Source: Escherichia phage RDN8.1
Sequence record: MN414250.1
Reading direction: 5' to 3' (one strand)
Length of the DNA: 39,508 nucleotides
Shown here: positions 8,586 to 19,291 of the stretch, piece by piece
Numbering within the stretch: the first letter of the stretch is position 1
Layout of the letters: every line of letters begins with the position of its first letter
Made by a program: the position numbers and the translations under genes
Notes under the pieces: model-generated
Seen by the model: only the letters and a program-made list of their open reading frames with translations
Told to the model about the DNA's origin: nothing
Databases searched by the model: none

Positions 8586-8608
8586 ACTAAACTATCACTG
8601 TAGGACCA
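8586..8608 (+). promoter_or_regulatory. Phage RNAP promoter variant (CACTGTAGG core), predicted +1 at 8603
   Basis: CTAAACTATCACTGTAGGACC; G replaces the usual A at -3. Confidence 0.5.
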
Positions 8609-8640
8609 CACTCGGTCCAAGACTTTAAGGAGCTAACCTT

Positions 8641-8901
8641 ATGTTCAAAAACTTAATGTTCAACCGTTATTCAAAGACCTTCCACCTGTCCCACAACCCG
8701 TTCGCTTGCATTAAGGGCAACGAGAAGCTGGGATACTTCGGGAAGGCCGTTAAGCTGTCACCTACAGTCTACGCTCTGATTACTCCAGGTAAAGCTGAAG
8801 AGGCTCGCCAGAAGCGTGAGACCAACGTACCAGTTGTCTACACTAAGTGGCCTCGCGTTCGTCTGTTCGTTGAGTTCGTGAAGGAGGTGGCCCATGTCTG
8901 A
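8641..8901 (+). CDS. Hypothetical protein, 86 aa (T7 gene 1.6 position)
   Basis: ORF follows promoter 8586; no recognised motif. Confidence 0.45.
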   Translation: MFKNLMFNRYSKTFHLSHNPFACIKGNEKLGYFGKAVKLSPTVYALITPGKAEEARQKRETNVPVVYTKWPRVRLFVEFVKEVAHV

Positions 8902-9244
8902 GCATCATCCTCTCTGCGACTACATGATATCTAACTGTGTTGAGCGTTGTGATTGTAAAACCGAGGAGTTTAAGAAAAGGATGCTAAAGTTGGAAGCTGA
9001 CGATGATGGTGTCCGCAAGCCGTCCCACTATCAGGTCTTTGACGGTGTGGAGTCCATTGAGATTATCGCCCGGTCCATGACTGTCAGTGAGTTCCGTGGT
9101 TTCTGCATGGGTAACGTCCTGAAGTATCGACTCCGAGCTGGTAAGAAGTCCGAGCTGGCTACTATGGAGAAGGACCTGAGCAAAGCAGCCTTCTATCAGG
9201 AGCTTTTCGACCGGCATAAAGGTAAGTGCTATGACTCCAAGTAG
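8894..9244 (+). CDS. Conserved phage protein, Cys-rich N-terminus, tentatively gene 1.7-like
   Basis: AAGGAGG RBS; PSHYQVFDGVESIEIIARSMTVSEFRGFCMGNVLKYRLRAGKKSEL block recognised from T7-group phages; family assignment uncertain. Confidence 0.5.
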   Translation: MSEHHPLCDYMISNCVERCDCKTEEFKKRMLKLEADDDGVRKPSHYQVFDGVESIEIIARSMTVSEFRGFCMGNVLKYRLRAGKKSELATMEKDLSKAAFYQELFDRHKGKCYDSK

Positions 9245-9322
9245 TTGGTGCGAAATGATGTTCGAAAAGACTCTCAACCCGGACTATATTACGTTATACA
9301 ACCAATGGAAGGAGCGCGGTTT

Positions 9323-9481
9323 ATGACTGAGGTTGAGAAGAAATACATCGTGGAGCTTGAGGGTCGCGTTCAGTCCTTCGAGGTTCCGGTGTACGCAAAG
9401 TCTCTTGAAGAGGCTACCCTGAAGTCCCAAGAGTATGAGGACGCTGGGTTTGTGGTCGGACGGATTCGTCCTGAGACCTAA
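9323..9481 (+). CDS. Gp2-like inhibitor of host RNA polymerase (start may be ATG 9305)
   Basis: [14 protein letters not shown]...[10 protein letters not shown] matches recalled T7 Gp2; AGGAG 9 nt upstream of ATG 9323. Confidence 0.7.
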   Translation: MTEVEKKYIVELEGRVQSFEVPVYAKSLEEATLKSQEYEDAGFVVGRIRPET

Positions 9482-9499
9482 ACTATCACTGTAGGATAG
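9477..9499 (+). promoter_or_regulatory. Phage RNAP promoter variant (CACTGTAGG core), phi2.5-like, predicted +1 at 9494
   Basis: CCTAAACTATCACTGTAGGATAG; overlaps Gp2 stop codon. Confidence 0.5.
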
Positions 9500-9538
9500 A
9501 CGTCCAGTTCGTAACTTTAAATTAGGAGATTTACACCG

Positions 9539-10237
9539 ATGGCTAAAGAGCAACTGAAGACTTTCACCACTCCGGTAGCTGGTATCGTTGAGCCTTACGC
9601 ATGGCTAAACAAAGCAGACACCAAGTTTACCGAGCGTGGTGAGCATAAGGTTAACCTGACTTTCAGTCTGGATGACCCGAAGGTACGCAAGATGATTGAC
9701 GTCTTGCAGAAGATTCACGACGATGCGTATGCGAAAGCACTCGCAGACCACGAGAAGAACCCGCCTCAGGTTCAGCGTGGCAAGAAGCCTATTGAACCAC
9801 GAGAAGGCGACATGCCGTGGATTGAGAACGGTGATGGCACTGTCACCCTGAAGTTTAAATGCTATGCGTCTTACCTGAAAGACGGCAAGTCCGAGCCTAT
9901 CGTATTACGGTTCTACGACACCGATGCTAAACTCATCCGTGACGTCCCGAATATTGGCACCGGGTCTAAGCTGAAAGTCAAGTTCAAAGTCCTGCCGTTC
10001 AAGTGGAACGCTGCGACTGGTGCGAGCGTTAAACTGCAACTCGAATCTGTGCTGCTGGTCGAACTCAAAGAGTGGTCCGGCGATGGCACTGGTGGTGATG
10101 GTGGCTGGGGTGATGACGAAGACATCGGGTCTGGTGGCTACAAGGCTTCGACCGATGGCGACTTCGGGTCTGACGACTTCGGCGGTGATGCTGATGGTCA
10201 GGACTCTGCGTCCGATGCTGGTGACTACGACTTCTAA
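9539..10237 (+). CDS. Single-stranded DNA-binding protein (T7 gp2.5 homologue)
   Basis: 232 aa; GSKLKVKFKVLPFKWNAATGASVKLQLESVLLVEL and acidic C-terminus ending DF match recalled T7 gp2.5. Confidence 0.95.
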   Translation: MAKEQLKTFTTPVAGIVEPYAWLNKADTKFTERGEHKVNLTFSLDDPKVRKMIDVLQKIHDDAYAKALADHEKNPPQVQRGKKPIEPREGDMPWIENGDGTVTLKFKCYASYLKDGKSEPIVLRFYDTDAKLIRDVPNIGTGSKLKVKFKVLPFKWNAATGASVKLQLESVLLVELKEWSGDGTGGDGGWGDDEDIGSGGYKASTDGDFGSDDFGGDADGQDSASDAGDYDF

Positions 10238-10239
10238 TC

Positions 10240-10692
10240 GTGGCTGCATGGACACCAAAACGGGGGCACTCTGTGGGTGCCTACCGCTCTGGACTTGAAG
10301 CCAAGAACCAGCAGTGGCTGGAACAGAACGGCGTCAAAGCGGAGTACGAAAGCCATTATATCAACTATGTGATTCCGGCTTCCGACCACAAGTACACACC
10401 AGACTTCATCCTTCCGAACGGAATCATCGTCGAGACCAAAGGTATCTTCGACAGTGAGGACCGTAAGAAGCATATGCTGGTGCGCGAGCAGCACCCTGAG
10501 CTGGACATCCGGTTCGTGTTCTCGTCCTCCCGCTCCAAGCTGTACAAAGGGTCCCCGACCACGTATGGCGCATGGTGCGAAAAGAACGGCTTTAAGTTTG
10601 CCGACAAGTTTATCCCGGTTGAGTGGCTGAAAGAGGCGACTGTACGTCTGCCCTCAGGTATACTCATCCCAAAGAAAGGAGTTAAGAAATGA
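10240..10692 (+). CDS. Endonuclease I / Holliday-junction resolvase (T7 gp3 homologue), GTG start
   Basis: VGAYRSGLE, YTPDFILPNGIIVETKG, REQHPELDIRFVFSSSRSKLYKGSPT match recalled T7 gp3. Confidence 0.9.
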   Translation: MAAWTPKRGHSVGAYRSGLEAKNQQWLEQNGVKAEYESHYINYVIPASDHKYTPDFILPNGIIVETKGIFDSEDRKKHMLVREQHPELDIRFVFSSSRSKLYKGSPTTYGAWCEKNGFKFADKFIPVEWLKEATVRLPSGILIPKKGVKK

Positions 10693-11141
10693 CTCGTAAA
10701 GCAATCATAGTTGACCTGACGTATGGTGGTGCATATTCAGACAACTTCAAGGTAGGACAGGAGGTCTTCGTTAAGTTCTCCCATAAGTCCCTCAGCCCTA
10801 GTGATGGAGACCTGTGGCGTGTGTCGCACGATGGTGTCAAGTGGCTGGACACAATGTATGGTCGCCGCCTGAAGTTTATCGCTTCTGGTGAGAAACCTCA
10901 AGTCCTGCCAGCTTCGAGCGTACCGCCTGTGACTGTGAAGCGTGAAGTCCTGACCATCGACAAGATTGGAGTGGGCCAGACGTTCATCGTTCATGGAAAG
11001 CCTGAAGAAGTGTACGTGAAGATTAGTAACTCACACGTCTTCAACCATAAGCGCCTCCAGATGCACGCTACGGACGCACAGCGCTTCACCCAACACCTGA
11101 ATCTCGTAATCGTTGAGCTGGTGGTGTACAATGGTAAGTAA
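10689..11141 (+). CDS. Hypothetical protein, 150 aa, inserted between endonuclease I and lysozyme
   Basis: ATG with AAAGGAG RBS; overlaps neighbours by a few nt; T7 has genes 3 and 3.5 adjacent. Confidence 0.6.
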   Translation: MTRKAIIVDLTYGGAYSDNFKVGQEVFVKFSHKSLSPSDGDLWRVSHDGVKWLDTMYGRRLKFIASGEKPQVLPASSVPPVTVKREVLTIDKIGVGQTFIVHGKPEEVYVKISNSHVFNHKRLQMHATDAQRFTQHLNLVIVELVVYNGK

Positions 11142-11589
11142 GGTTCAGTTCAAACCGCGTACAGTAACTGACGCAATCTTCGTCCACTGTAGTGCGACCC
11201 AGCCGTCTCAGGACATCGGGGTAGACACTATCCGCATGTGGCACAAGCAGCAGGGCTGGCTGGACGTAGGCTACCACTTCGTCATCAAGCGAGATGGCAC
11301 TGTGGAAGAGGGTCGCCCGGTCGATGTAGTAGGGTCCCACGTTAAGGATTGGAACTCCCGGTCCGTAGGCGTCTGCCTTGTTGGTGGAATCGACGCTAAG
11401 GGCAAGTTTGAAGCCAACTTCACGCCTGCTCAGATGAACGCTCTACGAAACAAGCTGGCTGAACTTAAGGCCCTGTATCCTCAGGCAGACATCAAGGCTC
11501 ACCACGACGTAGCACCAAAGGCCTGCCCAAGTTTTGACTTGCAGCGCTGGCTGAACACTAACGAAATGGTCACTTCCGACCGAGGCTAA
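11131..11589 (+). CDS. Lysozyme / N-acetylmuramoyl-L-alanine amidase (T7 gp3.5 homologue)
   Basis: VQFKPRTVTDAIFVHCSAT, GWLDVGYHFVIKRDGTVE, AHHDVAPKACPSFDL, C-terminal VTSDRG match recalled T7 lysozyme. Confidence 0.93.
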   Translation: MVSKVQFKPRTVTDAIFVHCSATQPSQDIGVDTIRMWHKQQGWLDVGYHFVIKRDGTVEEGRPVDVVGSHVKDWNSRSVGVCLVGGIDAKGKFEANFTPAQMNALRNKLAELKALYPQADIKAHHDVAPKACPSFDLQRWLNTNEMVTSDRG

Positions 11590-11607
11590 TAACAAAGGAG
11601 GCATTAT

Positions 11608-11799
11608 ATGTGCAACTTGGTAGAGCTTATCAGAGTTACCATGATTCAGAACGAGGTGCGCAACTATGCGTATCTTGACTTAATGCGGATACTTCAGGTC
11701 AGCAAGCCCGTGGTTAAGAAGCTGGTATTCGCGTGGATGTATCGGGCAACCGAGGAAAGGCTTCAATCAATCTTAAGAGGAGAAGACAACAATGATTAA
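11608..11799 (+). CDS. Hypothetical protein, 63 aa
   Basis: ATG with AAGGAGG RBS; T7 gene 3.8 position but not HNH-like. Confidence 0.5.
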   Translation: MCNLVELIRVTMIQNEVRNYAYLDLMRILQVSKPVVKKLVFAWMYRATEERLQSILRGEDNND

Positions 11800-12004
11800 A
11801 CTTATCGAATTTCTGGGTCGTCTGGTTGTGCGTGGCTATGCTCGCGCTGCGAGTGTTGAACGAAAGGTCGCCAGCGTGGAGGCGAAACTTGCTGAGGAAC
11901 TGGCGGCTAAGTCGCAGGCTGCACAACTGGCATCTCAGGACGCAAGCTGGGAAGCTAAACGTCTGGAGACCAAGGCCGCGCAGCTGAGCGCCTTCTTCAA
12001 GTAA
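11792..12004 (+). CDS. Hypothetical protein, 70 aa, hydrophobic N-terminus then Ala/Glu/Lys-rich helix
   Basis: ATG with GAGGAG RBS. Confidence 0.5.
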   Translation: MIKLIEFLGRLVVRGYARAASVERKVASVEAKLAEELAAKSQAAQLASQDASWEAKRLETKAAQLSAFFK

Positions 12005-12006
12005 CA

Positions 12007-12029
12007 ACTAAACTATCACCTTAGGGATG
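12007..12029 (+). promoter_or_regulatory. Degenerate phage promoter-like sequence (CACCTTAGGG core), upstream of gene 4
   Basis: CTAAACTATCACCTTAGGGATGG; two core mismatches. Confidence 0.3.
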
Positions 12030-12076
12030 GGACCATGAGTCCTGTCCCTTTGTTCGCATTTGTGATTAAGGAGTGA

Positions 12077-13777
<1,701 letters not shown>

Positions 13778-13857
13778 CCTTGAGCCTGACTGGAAGTTAA
13801 CAACTCAATGTAGCTGCCCGTGGGACCGACCGTGCTCATGTGCAGATAGGAGAACCG

Positions 13858-14022
13858 ATGTTTAAGAAACTTAAAGCAGCCTACCACGTGTTTATGTACA
13901 AGTGGTGGAACGAAGAGGCAAACTGCCTGTCCCGAATCCTCGGTGACCAGCGGTTCAACTCTGCGGCGTGGAAGAGAGCTAACCGGAAGTTTATGTATCA
14001 CTTCTTGCGTACAGACTTCTAG
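13858..14022 (+). CDS. Hypothetical small protein, 54 aa (T7 gene 4.x position)
   Basis: ATG after AGGAGAAC; ORF-track ORF 13840..14022. Confidence 0.4.
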   Translation: MFKKLKAAYHVFMYKWWNEEANCLSRILGDQRFNSAAWKRANRKFMYHFLRTDF

Positions 14023-14024
14023 GT

Positions 14025-14070
14025 CTAGACTCAAGGTCATTCAAATCGAGTGGCCTTTATGATTAGACTA
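14025..14070 (+). promoter_or_regulatory. RNase III-like processing hairpin (T7 R4.7 position)
   Basis: TAGACTCAAGGTCATTCAAATCGAGTGGCCTTTATGATTAGAC; GGUCAUUC pairs with GAGUGGCC. Confidence 0.45.
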
Positions 14071-14085
14071 AACGGAGGATTAACC

Positions 14086-16257
14086 ATGTTTGACCTTAAG
14101 GATATTTGGGGTTCTGACATCGAGACCAACGGTCTCCTTGACACCGTGTCCCAGTTCCATTGTGGGGTCCTGATTAATGCCGAGTCGAATGAGACCCTTA
14201 AGTATGGGGTAGCACCGATGGTCGGTATCGTCGGTGGCTTCAAAGAGTATGTACAGAAGGTGGAAGAGATTGCCGCAACACCTACAGGTATGCTGGTCTT
14301 CCATAACGGTATCAACTATGACGTCCCAGCTATCGACAAGCTGAAGCGTTTGTACTTTGGGAAACGATTTAACTTCCCGAAACACAAGATGATTGATACC
14401 TTGGTGTTGGGCCGCTTGATGTATCCCAACATTAAGTTCTCAGACATGGGCGCGGTGAAAGCTGGTCGTCTGCCTCCTAAGATGATGGGACGCCAGTCTC
14501 TTGAGGCTTGGGGCTATCGTCTCGGTGAGATGAAGGGTGAGTACAAACACGATTACGTTGCCAAGTGCAAGGCCGAAGGTATCGAATATAAGGCTGGGGA
14601 CGAATGGTTGTTCCCATCTCAGGAGATGCTGGACTATAACGTTCAAGACGTTGTGGTCACACTGGCGTTGTTCAAGAAGTTCCTGACTGACAAGTATTAC
14701 TTCCAGTATGAACAGTTCGCTTTCGAACAGATTCATGCGTTGCGTCTGGAACATGATGCTGCGTGGACATGTGCGAAGATGGAACGTAATGGCTATCCGA
14801 TGAACACAGAGATGGTCGAAGGCTTATATCGTGAACTCACTGTCAAACGTGCGGAGTTGCTGGACAAGCTGCGCTCGACTTTCGGTAGCTGGTACGCACC
14901 AAAGGGAGGCAAGGAGTTCTTCAGACACCCACGGACAGGTAAGGACCTTCCGAAGTACCCGAGAGTCGTGTATCCTAAGGTCGGTGGCATCTTTAAGAAG
15001 CCGAAGAACAAAGCTCAACGCTTAGGTCTTGAACCTTGTGAACGTGATACGCGAGACACGATGGAAGGAGCACCCTTCACGCCAATCACTTACGTTGAGT
15101 TTAATCCGGGAAGCGGAGACCACTTAGCGAAAGTCCTGATGGAGCGTGGCTGGGAGCCTGTTGATTTCACTGACACCGGGAAACCTGTAGTCGATGACGA
15201 GACGTTAGAACACGTTAAGTTGCCAGACGCAGAGGCTCAGGCTTGCGTAGAGCTGGTCCGTGAGTATCTGGTGGTCCAGAAGCGCATCGGTCAGGCTGCT
15301 GAAGGTAAGAACGCATGGTTGAAACTTGTGGGTCCAGACGGACGTATGCATGGTTCAATCAACCCTTGTGGTGCAGTAACCGGACGTGCGACCCATAGCT
15401 CACCAAACATGGCTCAGGTCCCAGCTAACGGTGCTCCATATGGTGAGACTTGCCGTGGTGCTTTCGGTGCAGCGTGGAACAAGAAGGACGGTAAGCCAGA
15501 CCCTTGGATTCAAGTAGGTGTAGATGCCTCAGGTCTTGAGCTTCGTTGTCTGGGGAACCGAGCGGCTCCGTTTGATGGTGGCGCATATGCGAAGACTGTA
15601 GTCGAAGGGGACATCCACTGGGCAAACGCAGTCAACGCTGGGTTAGCACCTAACGTCCCACGCGATAAGTCGAGCCACGACCATGATGCTTTCCGTAACA
15701 ACGCTAAGACGTTCATCTATGCGTTCCTGTATGGTGCAGGGGCCGCTAAGATTGGACTGATAGTCGGAGGTGGTAAGAAGGAAGGTTCAGCTCTCATGAA
15801 GAAATTCATTGAGGGTACACCAGCCATCAAGGACCTCAGGGAAGCTGTGAGTAATACGTTAATCTCAGACTCTAAGTGGGTGGATGGGGAGAACATCGTG
15901 AAGTGGAAACGCCGCTGGCTTAAAGGTCTGGATGGTCGACGCATTCACATCCGGTCCCCACACTCAGCGCTCAACGCCTTACTTCAGGGTGACGGTGCGG
16001 TGGTCTGTAAGCACTGGATTGTCGAGACTGAACGTATGCTCGAAGAGGCAGGGTATGTCCACGGCTGGGAAGGAGACTTCGCGTACATGGCATGGGTTCA
16101 CGACGAATTACAGATTGCGTGTCGTACTCAGGAGATTGCCGAAGAAGTCGTCAAGATTGCTCAACTTGCTATGCGTAAGGTGGGTGAGTTCTATAACTTT
16201 AAATGTGTCCTTGATACCGAAGGTAAGATTGGACCAACGTGGAAGGAGTGTCACTAA
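14086..16257 (+). CDS. DNA polymerase (T7 gp5 homologue)
   Basis: 723 aa from ATG after GGAGG; SLEAWGYRLGEMKGEYK, DYNVQDVVVT, DASGLELRC, AKTFIYAFLYGAG, FAYMAWVHDE match recalled T7 gp5. Confidence 0.97.
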   Translation: MFDLKDIWGSDIETNGLLDTVSQFHCGVLINAESNETLKYGVAPMVGIVGGFKEYVQKVEEIAATPTGMLVFHNGINYDVPAIDKLKRLYFGKRFNFPKHKMIDTLVLGRLMYPNIKFSDMGAVKAGRLPPKMMGRQSLEAWGYRLGEMKGEYKHDYVAKCKAEGIEYKAGDEWLFPSQEMLDYNVQDVVVTLALFKKFLTDKYYFQYEQFAFEQIHALRLEHDAAWTCAKMERNGYPMNTEMVEGLYRELTVKRAELLDKLRSTFGSWYAPKGGKEFFRHPRTGKDLPKYPRVVYPKVGGIFKKPKNKAQRLGLEPCERDTRDTMEGAPFTPITYVEFNPGSGDHLAKVLMERGWEPVDFTDTGKPVVDDETLEHVKLPDAEAQACVELVREYLVVQKRIGQAAEGKNAWLKLVGPDGRMHGSINPCGAVTGRATHSSPNMAQVPANGAPYGETCRGAFGAAWNKKDGKPDPWIQVGVDASGLELRCLGNRAAPFDGGAYAKTVVEGDIHWANAVNAGLAPNVPRDKSSHDHDAFRNNAKTFIYAFLYGAGAAKIGLIVGGGKKEGSALMKKFIEGTPAIKDLREAVSNTLISDSKWVDGENIVKWKRRWLKGLDGRRIHIRSPHSALNALLQGDGAVVCKHWIVETERMLEEAGYVHGWEGDFAYMAWVHDELQIACRTQEIAEEVVKIAQLAMRKVGEFYNFKCVLDTEGKIGPTWKECH

Positions 16258-16412
16258 TGAAGACTTACACCGAACAGGAGGTCAAAGACCTTATGCGCTC
16301 AGCGTGGTGGCATGGGCACGAGGAGTCTCGTTATAGCCCAAACCTCAGCGGCTCTTGTAGTCGTGACGTCCGTGACATTCTGAAAGACCATAATGAAGAA
16401 GGAGAAAGCTAA
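16257..16412 (+). CDS. Hypothetical small protein, 51 aa
   Basis: ATG overlaps pol stop (TAATG); not in ORF track. Confidence 0.3.
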   Translation: MKTYTEQEVKDLMRSAWWHGHEESRYSPNLSGSCSRDVRDILKDHNEEGES

Positions 16413-16699
16413 TGGCTATGACTAAACGCGCCCGTATTGGGTTTGACCTTAAGCTTGTCATCCCTGAAGAGATTAAGCAAGCTCTCATCCGAAAGTATAT
16501 TCGGGACTCTAAGCGAATCATTGAGGGAGATAAGACTCTTAGCGGGTTTGACCGTAAGGTGGCTCTTATGGCTGCTGAGTTAGGGCCTGAGGCTGCGATT
16601 GAGCTGGACCTGAAGTCAGGCATCGTGTATAAGATTAAGGCAGAGATGATGGAGAATGGAGCAACGTTCAGCAATTTCAGTGTGGGGTTCAAACGATGA
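16412..16699 (+). CDS. Gene 5.5-like protein (T7 gp5.5 is an H-NS binder), by position and size
   Basis: 95 aa; translationally coupled; assignment by synteny only. Confidence 0.45.
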   Translation: MAMTKRARIGFDLKLVIPEEIKQALIRKYIRDSKRIIEGDKTLSGFDRKVALMAAELGPEAAIELDLKSGIVYKIKAEMMENGATFSNFSVGFKR

Positions 16700-16905
16700 G
16701 TGAATACTTACGGGTCCTTGCGGCCCTTAAGTCCTGCCCGAAGACCTTCCAGTCCAACTATGTGCGCAACAACGCTGCACTTGTGGCTGAGGCTGCGAGT
16801 CGTGGACATCTGAGCTGCCTGTCTATGGACGGGCGTAACAACGGTGCGTGGGAGATTACCGCTGCTGGCACCAAGTTCCTGAACCAACACGGAGGATGCC
16901 TATGA
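16696..16905 (+). CDS. Gene 5.7-like protein
   Basis: 69 aa; LKSCPKTFQSNYVRNNA..VAEAASRGH..GAWEITA matches recalled T7 gp5.7. Confidence 0.6.
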   Translation: MSEYLRVLAALKSCPKTFQSNYVRNNAALVAEAASRGHLSCLSMDGRNNGAWEITAAGTKFLNQHGGCL

Positions 16906-17291
16906 GTAAGCTGATTGAAGACCTGAGGTCACAACTGATTGATAACCCGAGGTCGGGCGGCCTGTCTGCCGACTGGGAGCTTATTGAATCTGGTGAGTGG
17001 ACTGACAGTCATAAGTCAGAATCCAAAGCTGACATCGTTAAGCACATGCCTACTGGTCGCCTCTTTGAGGTGGACTTCTACCGCACTGGGGACCACTGGC
17101 AGGGCTACGAGACTGAGTTCTCAGGCGCTGTGGAGGTTGAACCATACGAGGCTGTTGTAGTCCTATACCGCCCGGTCAAGCTGCTGGACGTTGTGGTCCC
17201 GGCGATGAGTAAAGCCAAGGCTATCGAGCCATGCTGGGGCTGCATCGAGAGGGATGACCGCTTCCCACACACCTGCGGTAAGGAGGACTGA
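16902..17291 (+). CDS. Hypothetical protein with C-terminal Cys cluster (CWGC...HTC), about 129 aa
   Basis: ATG after GGAGGA, overlaps upstream stop (ATGA); ORF track 16848..17291. Confidence 0.5.
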   Translation: MSKLIEDLRSQLIDNPRSGGLSADWELIESGEWTDSHKSESKADIVKHMPTGRLFEVDFYRTGDHWQGYETEFSGAVEVEPYEAVVVLYRPVKLLDVVVPAMSKAKAIEPCWGCIERDDRFPHTCGKED

Positions 17292-18163
17292 TGCGCATGG
17301 GCGACAAGAAGATTGCTCTGGTTCTGGATGGCGACTACCTAGTGTTCTCGTCTATGGCTGCGGCTGAGGAAGAGACCGATTGGGGCGACTCAATCTGGAC
17401 GCTAATCTGCGACCACGAGAAGGCTAAGCGTATTCTGATGAACTCCATCAACGAGATAATCAAGAAGCGAAAGGCGTGGAAAGACGCTAAGATTGTGATG
17501 TGCTTCACTGATGATTATAACTGGCGTAAGGACGTCCTGCCCACCTATAAGGCCAACCGTAAAGGTTCTCGCAAGCCTGTAGGATACAAGAAGTTCGTAG
17601 CTGAAGTGATGGCCGACCCACGGTTCAACAGCTTCCTGAAGCCAACGCTTGAGGGCGATGACTGCATGGGCATCATTGGTACACGACCTCAGATTGTTGG
17701 CTGTGACCATGCGGTGTTGGTGTCCTGTGATAAGGACTTCAAGACTATCCCGAACTGTGAGTTCTTCTGGTTAACCACTGGTGAAATCCTGAGTCACACG
17801 ACTGCCGAGGCAGACTACTGGCACATGGAGCAGACCATCAAGGGTGACATGACGGATGGCTACGGCGGTATTCCGGGGTACGGTGAGGACACTACCCGTG
17901 CTTTCCTTGATGAGCCGTACTACTTCGTGCAAGAGACCCGCGAGCTGAAGACTGGTAAGAACAAAGGTCAGCTCAAAGTCGAGTGGAAGAAGTATCCGAA
18001 GCGCGAAGACCAGACGCTGTGGGACTGCATGGTGACTCTGGCTGCTAAAGCTGGGATGACCGAGGAGGAACTACTGGTCCAAGCTCAGGTAGCTCGCATC
18101 TGTCGCGCATCTGACTACGACCCTAAGTCCAAGGAGGTCATTCTGTGGACACCCTCCATGTAG
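17291..18163 (+). CDS. 5'-3' exonuclease (T7 gp6 homologue)
   Basis: 290 aa; LEGDDCMGIIG, SCDKDFKTIPNCEFFW, TLWDC..AKAGMTEEE match recalled T7 gp6. Confidence 0.95.
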   Translation: MRMGDKKIALVLDGDYLVFSSMAAAEEETDWGDSIWTLICDHEKAKRILMNSINEIIKKRKAWKDAKIVMCFTDDYNWRKDVLPTYKANRKGSRKPVGYKKFVAEVMADPRFNSFLKPTLEGDDCMGIIGTRPQIVGCDHAVLVSCDKDFKTIPNCEFFWLTTGEILSHTTAEADYWHMEQTIKGDMTDGYGGIPGYGEDTTRAFLDEPYYFVQETRELKTGKNKGQLKVEWKKYPKREDQTLWDCMVTLAAKAGMTEEELLVQAQVARICRASDYDPKSKEVILWTPSM

Positions 18164-18169
18164 TGTATT

Positions 18170-18194
18170 GGGCCGGACTTCTGGCCCTTTACTT
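18170..18194 (+). terminator. GC-rich hairpin plus T-tract after gene 6 (terminator-like or processing element)
   Basis: GGGCC-GGACTTCT-GGCCC then TTTACTT. Confidence 0.3.
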
Positions 18195-18286
18195 ACTGTA
18201 CACGTTCAGTGGGACAAACCGCCCTAAACACTGAGTCTAACCGATAGTCATATCCTATCAATCCAACAGTCATCCATAGGTGAAAC

Positions 18287-18309
18287 ACTAAACTATCACT
18301 ATAGGGACT
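18287..18309 (+). promoter_or_regulatory. Phage RNAP promoter (phi6.5-like), predicted +1 at 18304
   Basis: CACTAAACTATCACTATAGGGACT. Confidence 0.65.
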
Positions 18310-18370
18310 TTAGGACCTAAGATATGACTATAAGATAGACTTTAGTCTTAACTTAAAGAGGAGATTCAAG

Positions 18371-18643
18371 ATGGCGATTAATGCTATTGAAAACGTTGTT
18401 AAGCAGTTACAGGAAGAAAGACTTGATGTCCCGAACATCTCCCAGTCTGCCATCCAGTTCCTGCATGTACTGTTCAACGCAAGCTACGCTGAGAAGATGG
18501 GAGCTATCAGTCTCCTCAAGCAGCAAGGCTACAGCGATGCGTTCATTGCCGGGTTCATCAAGGGTCTCCAGTATTGTTCTGACACTCTCGACTCTGCGAT
18601 TGCTATGCGTCGTGAGCTGAAAGATACCGTTCAGTTCGATTAA
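18371..18643 (+). CDS. Hypothetical protein, 90 aa (T7 gene 6.5 position)
   Basis: ATG after AGAGGAG. Confidence 0.5.
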   Translation: MAINAIENVVKQLQEERLDVPNISQSAIQFLHVLFNASYAEKMGAISLLKQQGYSDAFIAGFIKGLQYCSDTLDSAIAMRRELKDTVQFD

Positions 18644-18657
18644 CTGTAGGAGGGACT

Positions 18658-18882
18658 ATGTGTTTCAGTCCAAAGATTAGCACTCCGAAGCCTTCGGTCC
18701 AAGCACCTGAACCAGCACCTCTAAGTGAGGAAGTTGCGTCAGTTGACATCGGGGCTGAATCGGATGTTGACACCAACGAGACCAAAGGCATCAAAGACCT
18801 TAAGGTTAAGAAGGAGTCTGCACCTAAAGATAAGTCGTCCGTTAGCCGCGCTATGCGAGCTTCCGGCGTGAACATGGGGTAA
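18658..18882 (+). CDS. Gene 6.7-like virion protein
   Basis: N-terminus MCFSPKI matches recalled T7 gp6.7; TAGGAGGG RBS. Confidence 0.65.
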   Translation: MCFSPKISTPKPSVQAPEPAPLSEEVASVDIGAESDVDTNETKGIKDLKVKKESAPKDKSSVSRAMRASGVNMG

Positions 18883-18886
18883 GACT

Positions 18887-19291
18887 ATGCTCCACTACCG
18901 AAACTCAAGCGAAGGTCGCCACATGTGCGCTAGTCGCCTCTGGGAAGACGGGCAGTCTAACTTCAAGTCATTCGAGGACTTCAAGGCTCATACTTACCGT
19001 ATGGCTGACGAGTTCGACGGTGAAGAGTACACAATCTACGATGTCTCAGGTCAACCAGTAGCGTATCTCTACATGCTGGCTACCGCATCTTGGCACCGAC
19101 CGACTCCCGGTCTTGACCTTTCAATCGTCGCTATTCGTCGTGACTCGCAGTCCTCCCGCAAGGTTCTTGAGACTGTCAGGCACATCATAGACGAAGAGTG
19201 CAAGCGTTGGGGTCTTGGCTGGTATTCTCGTGTCAAGCATGTTTCCGGGTCGGTAGACATCGTAACAACTAAGGAGATTAACCGTGGGTAA
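18887..19291 (+). CDS. Gene 7-like protein, by position
   Basis: 134 aa ORF between 6.7 and 7.3; start uncertain. Confidence 0.5.
   Translation: MLHYRNSSEGRHMCASRLWEDGQSNFKSFEDFKAHTYRMADEFDGEEYTIYDVSGQPVAYLYMLATASWHRPTPGLDLSIVAIRRDSQSSRKVLETVRHIIDEECKRWGLGWYSRVKHVSGSVDIVTTKEINRG

Noticed and set aside
14050-14085. Upstream GTG/TTG start extensions proposed by the ORF track (DNA polymerase 14050, small terminase 36708, holin 36511, scaffold 21612, Gp2 9245, lysozyme 11113)
   Set aside because: In each case an internal ATG with a good Shine-Dalgarno spacing gives a protein whose N-terminus matches the T7 homologue; the extensions overlap upstream genes or hairpins.
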